A stretch of DNA of 64,000 nt from Lama guanicoe (lineage: Eukaryota): assembly GCA_013239625.1 (NCBI GenBank), contig MU054212.1, positions 6,484,270-6,548,269 on the forward strand, given 5' to 3'. Under the pieces are notes generated by a model. The model did no database searches. It worked only from the letters and a program-made list of their open reading frames with translations, and was not told the DNA's origin. Numbering within the stretch: position 1 is the stretch's first letter; every line of letters begins with the position of its first letter. Positions 12,331-24,560 of the stretch are shown in pieces. Position numbers and translations under genes: made by a program.

Positions 12331-15300
12331 CACAGGGCTCAGGACACAAAGGCACTCAGGAAAAATGGGCGTTCTTCCTATTTATAGGTAAATATCTTCA
12401 GTAGTCGGGCTACGCTGTGGCACACTTGTGCACCGTCTGTGACATAGCTGCGCAGCTGGGTTCTGTTCTCCCCCCTGGACCTTTCCCCCTTCTCTGTCAT
12501 TTCCAAACTCACTGGCTAATACTCAGGTACCTAAATTTCAAACACTGTCTTAACATCATCCCATATTTCCAGTTTCCCATGCCAATTTCCTTGCTCACCA
12601 TGTGACTGTCACCTGGAGAGCTAGCTCCCTTCTGAAGACAATTTTGTGAATTCATCTCAAACACCGAGTTCTCTCTAAAGGCGTTCTGGGTTCTCCCCGC
12701 AGAGAAGTGACTTCCCCCTGCTCTCCCTGCTTCCACTTCCCTGTGAAAAAGGAAAGAGGCAGGTCTGTTTTCCATCTTTCTTACATGCCGTTTGTCTTAG
12801 GTGATGCCTGCTTCTGTTCAAACCTTGCTTCGCTTGTTATCCCCAAACCCAGAACCTCCAGATTATACATGTCTCAGTGGGAAGGAAGTCGAAGTCTTTG
12901 ACTCTCTACTTACTATTTATGTAATAGTTCTCAGGAATTATTCATGCAACAAGTGAATCAGTGAACGGGAGTGAGTGAGTCAAGGCCAGGCTTTGTGGGA
13001 AGAGGTGGGACCTCGGCTTCCCTTCTTGGATTCTCACATTTGGGAGAGATTAGGGGTGCGTTTAACTATCACACGCACCTTCCAGAACCTAGGCCAGCCA
13101 GTGGGCGCCTGGGCAATTTAGACAGAGAAGAGAGAGTGACAGGTTTTATCAGTGATGTGGAGGACTTTGCTGTTTGGGTGTTTCAGGTGTGAAGGTGGAA
13201 CAAGCTATGTCATAGTGTCACACCTCTGTCCTGCTGGTCGTTCCCCTTCCTCCTCAGGATGTAAAGCCACCCTGAATCATCTTGACACCAGTCTTTGTGA
13301 AAATGCTCCAAGTGAATGTAAAAACGAATGTTCCAGAGGATGATTAAGTCTTTTAATCTCCAGCCATCTAACTGAAGGTCAGGGACCTTGGGAGTCTCCT
13401 GTATAAAGTGATTTTGTCCCTTGGAATATAGCATCCTGGGTTCCAGAATGAGGTATCACACAAGCTAAAGACAAATTTAATCTCAGAGTACCGCAGCATA
13501 CATATTGTATATAAATCAAGAGTATGCTTTTAAATTAACAAGCAATTCTATCAAACCTGGTTTTTTTTTATTTTGCTTTATAAATAAAAGATGGATGGTT
13601 CAAATTTTAAAAAAGAAAAATGGTCTACCCCGGACTTGCTTCATGACTGTGTTCATGAAAAATAGGCTACAGTTTGCCCATTTGAAACTTAGACGCGCAT
13701 GGTTGTTGATATCTGGAAACTGTGAGGTATTGTTTGCTTCAGTCTTTAAAAAGTGTTTTCTTCAACTCATTTTTACATTATTAATGCACTTGCCATTTTC
13801 AAAAAATAAATGAAAGGCAACTTTTCTCAAGGTTAGATTTATCACAATTTCTGACTTAAAGGGTTTTCCACATTCCTCCTCCATCTGCCTTTCAGTTTGG
13901 TTTTCTTACTCACAGCAGCGACCGGACGAACCAGATGAGATTGAATCTGATGCGCAAATAATATCATTTACAAACACCTAATATGACTCCTTTGCCTTTG
14001 TCTCCAGCAATAGCATTCAAGGAAAAATTGAGAGTGGATAAATAATTAGATCATTTAATTTTTCTTTGACATGGAAAAGAGTCTTTACTTCATCCTCTTC
14101 ATTAGGACCAAAAAAAAAAAAAGTTGAGTCATAGCAATCAAGACTTGCCAATGTTTTGAAAAATACGTCTATCAAAACATTAAACTGAGCAGGGCTCAAA
14201 GCACTGAAAAATGCTGATGAGGCAGGCAGGCAGGAGGCTGGAGGGATGGCAAGAGGATGGAGAGTTTTGCGGGGTTAAACCCGACAGGGTACTTTGGGCA
14301 GAGTGTGTTCTGAAAGGGTTATTTTAGAATTCAGCTAAGTCAACCTTTGCCACTCTACCTCCCTCAGTTCACTGCATCCTTCTCCACAGTTGCCCTTAAT
14401 TTTTATGAGGTACTATTTAATAAACTGTCATGATAAGGATCTGTGCTGTCTCTTGGCACACGGGTGCCAGTGGGTTTGTTGACTCACTGTGTTCTCTCCT
14501 GCACCGCTCCCTCCTGCTCCCCACCCACCACTTCCTGCCCCGACTCCTCTTTGTGGACAATCTCAGTCCCTTCCAGCTCTTTCCCACTCACTTGTCGTCT
14601 CCCACAGCCTGGCTCTGCTCTTCTCTGGGGCCTTAAGAACGGGGAAAACCTGGAGCAGTCATAGAAGTGGCAGGTGCTGCTGTGTAAGCGACCTCCGACC
14701 TCACGTCTCAATATTGTCTACCCCCCTCCCCCAACGTCATCTCCAAGAACCGTTCTTTCAAAGGCTTTGTGCATTTAAAAGCATATCAAAAAAATGCAGC
14801 TATCCCCAGCAAGGGGGACCTGCCGTCTTAATTCTGATACAGTCTTAGGAGTCTGTTTATCAGGAAGAAAAACAAGCCTTTGTTTCCTCTGCCACTTGGC
14901 TCATCTCTTCCTTACTCTGCTCCCCTCCTGACATCTCTGCTCGCCCCTGGTAGGATGCTGTTCGAAGTCTTTTACCCACTCCCTCCAAACTTTGTGACTT
15001 GACTTTTCAAAGTCGAGTTTTCGATGAGGGAAATAAATAAATAAAAGGCTTGTTTATTATTCTGTCATTATTGCTTTATCATCATGGCATGAAATACTGA
15101 ATAATGAGGATGCAAACACCCATTTTATGGGCCTATTGCAATCTTCCCTGTATAATTAATATCTATCATTAGATGAAAGGCATATCATTTGCAATTTGAT
15201 GCCGCTTTCTTTAGACTTTCTTGATGACTCCAAGGTAGTTTATATGCTGGTGTACCTGTTGCTTGTAATCAGGTTTATGAGATAAATAGGCACTGAGCCC

Positions 15301-16419
15301 TTTGCACGCTCCCCTTCACTCCTCATCTTCTCAAAGGGCCACTTGCGGTGGGAAAAGGGCCTTTATTACAGCTCCTTTGCATAATAAGGCTGTCTCTCCC
15401 TTCTTCTGCCTCCTCGCCTCCCACCAGAAGGAAATATTGCATCTGTCTCTCTATGAGGGCATTCAGGCTGGATGGCCTTGTAATAAAGCACAGAAGTTGG
15501 AGGCATATAAATCTAACAGATGTCCATAAAAAAAAATTGTCTCAGACTAGGCTCAGGGCACTCTGCTTGGGCTCTGTTTTTTTTTATTTTAAGAAATAAG
15601 AGCTGTTGCTGACATTAAAAACACAGCTTTTTATAATAGTTTCTTATCTGCTCCCTTAATTGCATAGACAAAGCCAGAGAGGAACTGGGTCACACATTCA
15701 CTGGGTATAAGTTTACATGGGAACCTGCTCAGTTTCTTTGTCTTCAGCCCCGAGGTAGCTAAGGTGGTTGCTAATCTCATATATCATGACAACGCCGCCC
15801 CTTGAATCCCGGTGCCCTCAGAGGTCCTTGTCGCTGCTCACAGTGGGCCAAAGGAGCTCACAGGCACACACAGAGATGAGCGCAAATCCATCACCACTAC
15901 TGAACTGGCAAGTCCAATGTCACGCCCTCCTGATGGCGGGTCAATGGCCCTGGCCTCGAGGATGAAGGATGTCTCATTCCTTCATCTGGCAGAGCTCTCC
16001 CCTGACCCAGAACACTGAGGATGAGCAAGCTCATCCCAAGATTCCGAAGGCCTGGATGCTAAAAGCCTTACCACCACCCACACAGTTCATTGCACAATTT
16101 CCTGATTTATACAACTCCAGAACCCTCCTCCTTTTCCTCCGAAGCTGCAAGGCTTCACTGGTGCCACAGTTACAAGGAATGAGACGCCTTGCTAATGGAC
16201 ACTTTTGCGAATGTCAGTGGATAATTTGCACTACGTGTTTGTGGAGGGGCCAGAAATTCCTTAGTGACCAATCCTACAATCCTAGCTTAACAGAATTTCT
16301 TTTTCTTTTTTTTTCTCTCTTTTTAAAAATTATGTTTTCTCCCTTGCATCCCTAAGGAAATTTCTCCCTTGCCTTCATTAGAGTAGAGATTCTTTTAAAG
16401 TGTTTCAGAGAGATAGTCC

Positions 16420-17060
16420 ATTAAGTGATTAGGAGTGCTGAAGTCAGACTGTCTGGGTCGTAATCTCTTCTTTTGCACACTTAAGAGACTTGTGGACAAG
16501 TTCCCTAACTTAGCTGGGTTTTCATCATCTATGAAATGGGAAGGATCATGGTAGCTGCCTTGTGCAGTTGTTCTTGTGAGTGATTATGTGTAAAACACTA
16601 CATCTGATGCGATAGAAAGTAGGAGTTTTGGAGACAAAGTTGGGGTTACATTCTGGATCTACAAACCGCGTGTTATTAGGCAAATATGTAAACTCTCTGA
16701 GCCACAGTTTAAATGAGGGTAACTGTTCCTACTGCAATAGGTTTTGGTAAGGATCATACGAGTTAGTATCTCTAACCCATCTGGCGTATTACAGGTGCTC
16801 CATGAACACTAGCTTTCTCTTGTATTAAATTGTTAGAAATAACATGGTAGGACTGAAAACCATGAACTTTGGATTGAAATTGACTTGAAACTCGGCTCTA
16901 CAATTTAACAGCAGTGTGGCCTCAACCTGGGCAAACTGCATCTATTTTTGAACTTCAGTTTCCTCATCTCTAATAAATTATTAGACTGTTGTGAAAATTA
17001 AAAGAAACAAAACAGACCGTACTTATATAAAGCTCAGGGCTTATGGTCAATATAAGTTCT
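16420..17060 (+). mobile_element. Three consecutive MIR copies
   Basis: three MIR cores: tttcatcatctatgaaatggg; ggcaaatatgtaaactctctgagccacagttt; ttcagtttcctcatctctaa. Confidence 0.8.
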
Positions 17061-18098
17061 CCCCTCCTCCTCCTGTGGGATACTAGAAGTCAAATATTAA
17101 AAACAAACAAACAACCGAATGAACAAAGCCAAGCCAACAGCAACAGCAACAGCTTGATAACAGGAGGAGAAAGTTAGATGCAAGGGACTAGCACTTCTTA
17201 CCTCCGATAAAGGCACATCAATCAAAGCATAGGCCCGCACATCTTCAGGTCTGTTGCATGTAGAGAGGATTATTTACAAAGTGCAATGGCTGAGTATTAA
17301 AGGATGTAATCAGGGACTGGAAGCCCCACTTGGATAAGCTTTCAGGAAGAACTGAGAGAGAGCTACTGGTTTGATTCATGCAGGTTTCAAAGTTAGAAAG
17401 CAACTAGCACCTCTCCTCTTGGGTGTGTGACAGTTTCAGAGAAACCTGCCTCGCAGGGACGTAAGGGTATGTTTTGGATTTAGAAAGGGTCAAAGGGAGT
17501 CTCGTGGCCCCACTCCACTCTTCCTCTGTCAGTGCCATGCCTTGGTACTGAAAATTTTCCACTTTACATGCATGGAACTTGAGCTCTTATCATGAAACCC
17601 TGCATTTGAGGTCTTATTCTTTTAAAAAATGTTACAAGAGGGAGCTTGCACAGCTGGTGACCGTTAACAAACAAAGCAAACCAAGAAAAGCTGGCCAACA
17701 TAAATTCTCACCAGAAAACAGAGGGTATGGGTGCCCTCTGGCCAAAAGAGATTCAGTAAAACCAAAGCAAGGGATTTGAGAGACTGAGATTAATTTTGTT
17801 ACACCTGTATGGTTTCTCACTTCAACTCTATGAAGAACATTGAAGCAACAGAGACCCTCCACATTGTGTCCTGAGTCCTCACCACGAGGTTCTAAATACT
17901 TTACTGAATATTGTATAATATCTCCCAGATTCACAGACCAAATAACTCATGGATATTTACTTCCCCATCCTGCATTCCTTAGGAAGATAATGGAATCTTC
18001 AAGTTGTCCTATTGCAGAGAGAAGGGAGGTCGCCACACTTGTTGGTCTCGAATGAAGACACATAGGCTTTGAAAATGAGTTTAGAAGGCCTACTTAAA

Positions 18099-18305
18099 TT
18101 TTTTTTAACATTTTTTTATTGATTTATAATCATTTTACAATGTTGTGTCAAATTCCAATGTTCAGCACAATTTTTCAGTCATTCATGGACATATACACAC
18201 TCATTGTCACATTTTTTTCTCTGTGATTTATCATAACATTTTGTGTATATTTCCCTGTGTTATACAGTATAATCTTGTTTATCTATTCTACAATTTTGAA
18301 ATCCC
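18099..18305 (-). mobile_element. Young camelid L1 3' end, 5'-truncated
   Basis: ttttttttaacatttttttattgatttataatcattttacaatgttgtgtcaaattcc...; perfect TSD aaggcctacttaaatt at 18085 and 18306. Confidence 0.95.
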
Positions 18306-19013
18306 AAGGCCTACTTAAATTTTTTTGATTGTTGTTTAGAAACATTCTTTGCTTTTAGCATTCAAAATTCTCTAAAAGTGTGAGCTGAGGAACAGAACAT
18401 GTCTGACATCTGTAGGCAGGGGGCTTAAGTGGGCACAGGGGGGCCCCAGGAACTGCAGGCACCAAACAGCGCAAGCCTGACCCATTGTGAGCAGCCCGGA
18501 GAAGGCGGAGGGAGGTGCAGACTGGTGTCCCCATTGAGCACAGGGCGTCCGAGTGCCCGTGCAGGGGCCAGGGTAACTCTGGTAACTGGGTTTTGATTAA
18601 AAGTCAAGGGTCACACAGGGCTTGGAGAACCCAATGTGCATTTCTATTTCAGTGTGGACAAAGGCAGGCAGCAGGAAGAGGGCCAAGCTCGGAAATGGCA
18701 TGGAGAGGCCAGATTTTCATGTAAGTACTGGCTGGAGTGGCTCGTCTAAGCCTCTTAATGAGGGGATTTAATCCCTCAGCAGCTGGAAAGGACCGGGGGC
18801 TTTTTCCATGGAGTGCTTTGCCAAATGCTATGGTTTAAGCACAGTCCAGAGGCTATTAGCCTTCTGCCCACGTAAGAATGAATCAAAATTAATGTGAAGG
18901 AATTAAAGCCAAGATTAGATTAAGTTAAGAAATAATTTAAAAACAGTTTAAGGGAGTCAGGAAGGTATGGGATGTATACCTAAGTAGCTCTTTTTCTTAA
19001 GTCTTTTTTCAAA

Positions 19014-19062
19014 TTTTATATATATATAAACATATATATATATAAAACAAATATATATATAT
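19014..19062. repeat. Interrupted (TA)n
   Basis: three TA runs separated by aaac. Confidence 0.85.
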
Positions 19063-19230
19063 GAAATCTTTTTTATTCTTAAATTCTCTTGTTCATGTTT
19101 AATCTGTAGAGACTGCTATTTTAGTAAGGTTATAATGCTCTGGAAAGATGCATGCTGGAAACAGAACTTGGTTACTGACTGTTTACCCTGATGTGAAGAA
19201 CCCCCGACCTAGGGTCCCCCAAGAGGCACC

Positions 19231-19262
19231 ACCACCACCTGGTGGCTCTTGGTGACATTGCA
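19231..19262 (-). promoter_or_regulatory. CTCF motif with upstream U module (reverse orientation)
   Basis: minus strand TGCAATGTC-N5-GAGCCACCAGGTGGTG. Confidence 0.65.
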
Positions 19263-19279
19263 GGTCTGCCAGGCTCAGG

Positions 19280-19430
19280 GGAAGCCTCTGTTCCTGTTTC
19301 CTCGTCAAATGCGGGGCAATGACACCATTTATTGCACAGAATTTTTGCGAGGATTAAATGAGTTAATGTTTGTAATGCACTTAAAACAGTACCAGGTACA
19401 GAGCAATCTCTAAGGAAGTGTTTGTTAACT
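19280..19430 (+). mobile_element. MIR
   Basis: cctgtttcctcgtcaaatgcgggg...gaggattaaatgagttaatgtttgtaatgcacttaaaacagtacc. Confidence 0.85.
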
Positions 19431-19439
19431 AAATAAGGT

Positions 19440-19905
19440 TCAAACATATCACTGTAAATTTTAAGACCTGCAGTGACTTTTCTGGTTCATGTCCACTTTT
19501 CCAGTTGGGTTTATTTCCCTCCAGGCATTTACATTCCATCCGTATTGAGCCAGAGTCAGTGCTCTCATATACCTCGGGACCTTTGCACACTCTGTACCAT
19601 CTGCATAAGATTCCTTTCCTCACAATCGCTTGAAGACTCCTACATACGTGGTAAAGTTCACTCAGGATTTACCTTCTTCATGAAGACTGGAAAGCCGTTA
19701 GCTGCTTCTCTGTGCTTCCACAGCTGCGTGTACACCCATCACAGCACTGGTCATATTCGTTGTGACTGTTAGTTCAAGAGTATGTCTAACGTGGGAGAGT
19801 TTTAGTCTCGTGACTACACTGACTGATTTTGTTCTATTCCTTTTTTGTGTCTCCAGCACCTACTGAAATATCAGGCCGCGATATGGGCTGTGTACATGTT
19901 TGTTG
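19440..19905 (+). mobile_element. L2 3' region
   Basis: cctcgggacctttgcacactctgtacc...tgtgtctccagcaccta. Confidence 0.7.
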
Positions 19906-20220
19906 TGTTGTTTCTCTCTTATTATAATATTGGGAAGAATTTAAAACACCTAGCCTAACTTCCTTACATTAAATATGTAGAAATGAAGATGGGGAGGTAT
20001 TTACCTGTCTTCTTATTCGAAAGTCATAAAAGTGGGGCTAGAAACTAGTTTCTTTTCTCCTCTATCAGTGCTTTCTTCTCTACATTAAACAGTGGAACTC
20101 CTGTTCCTCCACTGTCTACAGGTCTGCAAAGAGTTGTGAACCAAATGACCTATGTATATGCTAATCTATGTTTGCCAGTTTAACACACTTGCAGGAATTT
20201 CAAATTCAGAGAAGAGACCA

Positions 20221-20253
20221 CGCTCCACCTGGTGGCAATTTACCTAAACTGCA
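20221..20253 (-). promoter_or_regulatory. CTCF motif with upstream U module (reverse orientation)
   Basis: minus strand TGCAGTTTA-N6-TTGCCACCAGGTGGAGCG. Confidence 0.7.
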
Positions 20254-20299
20254 AGTGCCTCTTGGTATTGGTGACCGTTCTCTTTGGGTTTCTCATTTT

Positions 20300-21540
20300 C
20301 TTTTGTGGGTTTTTCTTCTTTGGCCTGTTCAGTAAATATACGGGTTTCTTTGAGTCCTTGACCCTCTGCTTCCACACGCTTTCTTTAGTGGCGGGGGACT
20401 GATCCATTCTTGTGCTTCCAATATTATCTATGTGCTGATGTCCCTCAAGTTTTCATCTCCAATGAGGGTCTGTCTCCTGAGCCCCAGCCAGGGCCACCAG
20501 ACACATTTGGACAGCGTGGGCACTGCCCTTCCATGGGCGGTCATTCTCGTTGCAGACCATGCGACTGGCGCGCCGTGGTTGGGTACCGCATGCAGCGGGA
20601 TGCAGTAGACTTTCTTCAGGAATCGTAAACATGCCATGGCCCAAACAGAACTCATGATTGCCCCTCTGAAAACAATTGATTCTCCTGGAATCCCATAGCA
20701 AAGGGTGATTCCTTTAGTCCTTTGCCATTGTTGGCTCTTCTCTGCCTGACCACCACCCGATCTGCTCAGTTACCAAGTCCTAGGGATCCGACCACCTAAT
20801 CACGTCTGTGACCATTAGCTCATCTCCACGGCGGCTTTCCTACCTGAGCTCAGACCTTCAGTATCGCTGACCTGCATCCCTGCTGAGCCTTCTCACTGGC
20901 CTCCCTGACTCCAGTTTTGCTCATCTTTAATCTCCATATTGCTGTTGGAATGAACTTTGGAGCATATGTATTTGGTCATGTCATTTTTCTGTTGATAAAC
21001 CTTACAATTGGTACCCTCAGTGTTAAGTTTAACTTCCTCAAAGTGGCTTACACAGTCCTCTAAGACCCGGCCTTGATGTCCCTCCCAGTTCCGTTCTCCT
21101 TGTACTCCCATCCTGTTCACCTTCTGTTTTGGAAGTAGTTCTCCAGGTGAAACATGATTGCTTCCAACCTCATAGCTTTTGCTTATCCACTCTTCGTGGT
21201 ATATTCTCCTTCCTCCTTTTTTGCCTGGGCAACTCTGATTGGACTTTTGGGGCTCAGGTGAGCCATCACCTCCTCTGGGAAGCCCTCCTTGACCTCCCAA
21301 AACAGGGACGCTCTTCTGTGCATCTGGAGGATACCACTGACCCCTCCACAAAGCCTTTCTCATACTGTATTATAATTTAGCTGCTCATTTCCCCACCGTC
21401 CACATTCGATTTATCTTCCTTGAGGCTCAGGACTTCTTGTTCACAGTTGTATTCACAGTTCACAGCAGTGCAGCACGTAGTATCCATTCAGGCACATGGT
21501 AGATGGTCACCAAATTTTGGGGGGAGTGAATAAATGACAA
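20300..21540 (+). mobile_element. Long L2 3' region
   Basis: tatctatgtgctgatgtccctcaa...ctggcctccctgactccag...tggtcatgtca...catcacctcctctgggaagccctccttgacc...ggcacatggtag. Confidence 0.8.
20490..20600. mobile_element. MER91-like palindromic hAT-Tip100 MITE inside L2
   Basis: cagggccacc...gcactgc...ccatgggcggtcattctcgt / atgcgactggcgcgccgtgg imperfect inverted arms. Confidence 0.6.
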
Positions 21541-23401
21541 GAAAAAGAAAGTCTCGTGGATAGCTCCTTTGTGATTCCAAATCTTCAAGTGATGACGAAC
21601 ACCAGCAATTTTATCAGAAGGCACAATGTATGTGGGCTGGGATCTTCCAGAGAGGTGGCAGGATCCTACGCAGTGTGGACTAGCCTGCACCATAGCTAAT
21701 GGCCTAGAAAATGTAGGTTGACTTTAAGAATGGGGAAGTCCTCTACATTGAAGCATCTTTTTCCACGTGCACACCTGAAATTCTTATGTGGAAAATTCAG
21801 TCTTTCAGCTTAAAGATTAACTTTCAGTTCAGCTGGAATAGCCCTTGCCCCCATGCCTACACCTTGAAAACAATCACACTCTAATGTGAACTGGTCTCAA
21901 ATATTCTTTCAAGAGGCCGTTATGACAGGGAGTGAGCATGAAGTTAGTGGGCACTTGACAGGGGAAAGAGGGATCATTTTAAAGTTAGATGAAATGTTCA
22001 AAAACATTTGAAACCACGAGGCCAAGGCAATAGAGATAAAGCTTGAATATTTCATGATTTTGCGTGGATTGGCCTTTGTGTGTGCATCACTGAAAATCCA
22101 TCATCTGTACTGAATGTCCTTGGCTCCTAGACAAATCAATTCTCCTGATCCCCAAAGACAAACAAATAGAATGAGTTAGCGAGAGTGTTTAAGATGGTAT
22201 GATTCTTAGTATAAAAAATAGTATGGAAAGAGAGACTAAATTTAATCTTCTCAAAAATTGTCATTGTTAAAATGACATATTATAATAACACAATAAAAAG
22301 CAAATTTAAAATTCTGAGGTTAAAATTAACTTTAAAGGTATTTGAAATATGATGTAAATTAAAAGACCAAAGATTTTTTTTTTCTTTGCCAAAAGCTAAA
22401 TTCAGATGATCATTTTCAATCATCTCCATGAAAGTTACTTCTGAAGTCACGGTGTTTTAAAAACATTATTTAAGTCAGCTGTGTAGATAAAAAATGCAGT
22501 CTCAGATACTGCAGCTTGATTGCTTCCACATTCCTAAAATAATTCTGAAAAGTCAAGAAACCAGTTTGTAGTGTTAGCCAAGCCATGCAAAGCTTTGTTC
22601 TTTATATATAGGACTTCAGCCTACCCTAGACTCTGTGAAAGATGGTCTTGATTATGGTAAAAGTAATCATTTTTAATATTACCTTCCTATTAGTTCTAGT
22701 CTAATGCACAGGAAGATATAATTCACTTCCGTAACCATAAGAAAGAGAAAAATATGTGTATAGATGGATGTCATCAGTAAATGCCTTTGGCTAAGTAAGG
22801 CACAGTTGATTTGAAGGGCATCCATCTGAACGGGCCTTTGAGTGGCCCAAGGATGGGGAGGAATACATAACTGTCAAGGTGCGTTGTTGATGGTCTCCCT
22901 CCATCTCCCTCTCCCTGTACCCCTCCCTCCCCACTCCCTCTCCATCTCTCCTGGATGGAGATCGGTGATAGATAAAAATATATATGATAACTGGAGAAGA
23001 ATGAAGTGACACTAGGCGTTAGAAGAACTATAGGTGGAGGTGCCATTAATTGAATTAATAAAATGGAATAAAGATGCCACAGCAAAGCATGATCAAATGG
23101 CATATGAAAGAAAAACAAAACATTTGAGACAATAGTGACAAAGAATGACACACATATATATATATATATATTTAAATTCGAAATAAAAATGGAGCAAAGC
23201 AATCTTTCTTTCTAGTTACCATATGTTTGAAGAATTGTAAGATTTGGAGTTTGGTGGAGGCAGAGGTTAGCACAGTTTTGTTGGTCAACATTAAGTGTTT
23301 CATACAGCAAAGCTAGTAAACAATGATGGCTGGAACCTTAACCTGTGGTCAAGCAGATTTAGGAAGTAGAACTTGGCAACGTGGAAAAGTTGGCTATTAA
23401 C

Positions 23402-23487
23402 AGCTGAAACATTATGCTGCACACCAGAAATTGATACAACATTGTAAACTGACTATACGTCAACAACAACAAAAAAAACAGACAAAC
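23402..23487 (+). mobile_element. Camelid-type L1 extreme 3' end
   Basis: ctgaaacattatgctgcacaccagaaattgatacaacattgtaaactgactatac plus CAA/A tail. Confidence 0.88.
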
Positions 23488-24239
23488 ATACGGACCATTT
23501 CATGTTCCATGAGATGCAGTTTTCTTAAAAACAACAACAACACGAAACTATAGCAGCTGAAGTGGTGAAGTCATCCCCAACCATCTTAGTATTTTAATTT
23601 TAACATAGTTTTTCAAAGTGAAATCAAAATGCTGTTGTGTCCTTCAAAATAAATGTTTGATAATAAAATAGCCCTTAGGAGTTGGTTACAAGCAGACGTC
23701 ACTGGGGAGAAGGGAAAAATGCATCACAAACTTGAGTCATGTTGTGTATCATTACCCAGAGAAGTGTACGCATCTGAAAAAATACATTTTGAAAAGCATT
23801 AAGTTTTGTAAAAAAGCATCAACCTCTCAGGTCTGGAGTTGAAGAATGAGTCACTTCTAAAAGCAGAGAGGTGCTTGTGGCTTAGCATTTTAACTCCTGG
23901 GGAAGGGCTTTACTCAAAATAGCAGATTTAGTAAAATTGGCACATTCTCTTCAGAACAGCGAAGATGCGAGATTCCTGAGAAAACTGGGCACAGTTGACG
24001 CTTGAGCTTTTAGTCCGTGCGTGTTGTGAAAGGCAAGAATAAAATCAGAATGATCTTTCAGATTAAAATGACGTCAAAGGCCATTAATAATCCCGATGTA
24101 GAGATGACTATTATATGTAGACAGAGCCTGGCTGCTAGCCTCGGTCACGATTACTTAAGTGCTTGGAGGAGGAACGTAAAACACCAGGTGATCTGAAGCT
24201 CATCCGTGCCCTGCCTGAACCCCCTAACTGCCAGCTCCC

Positions 24240-24560
24240 TCCTGTCCCATCTCATCCGAAGTCTTGTGGAACACTCCCTAGTCTTGACTCCTTTACGAGA
24301 TTAGCTTCATAAAAGGAATGGGCTGAGCACAATCATGTCACCACCACCCCTATTCTCCCAGGTTCCTGGACTCAAAATTTCTGAGTCTTTGATTCCTTCC
24401 TCGATCTCCTCTCCAATGTCTTCTTGTAAGTCACTGTACTTTCAGATTCTTTTTGGAAATGTCTGAGCTTTGTCCTTTGTTTTCTAAGGTTAAAGCCACA
24501 CCAGTCTGAGACCTAATTATCTCATGCCTGGAACTTGGAGGCACTCTGCTATGACAAGAA
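24240..24560 (+). mobile_element. L2 fragment
   Basis: tctgagtctttgattccttcctc...gccacaccagtctgagacctaattatctcatgcctgga. Confidence 0.6.

Noticed and set aside
20893..21363. 156-aa minus-strand ORF
   Set aside because: Antisense to the L2 3' region; chance ORF
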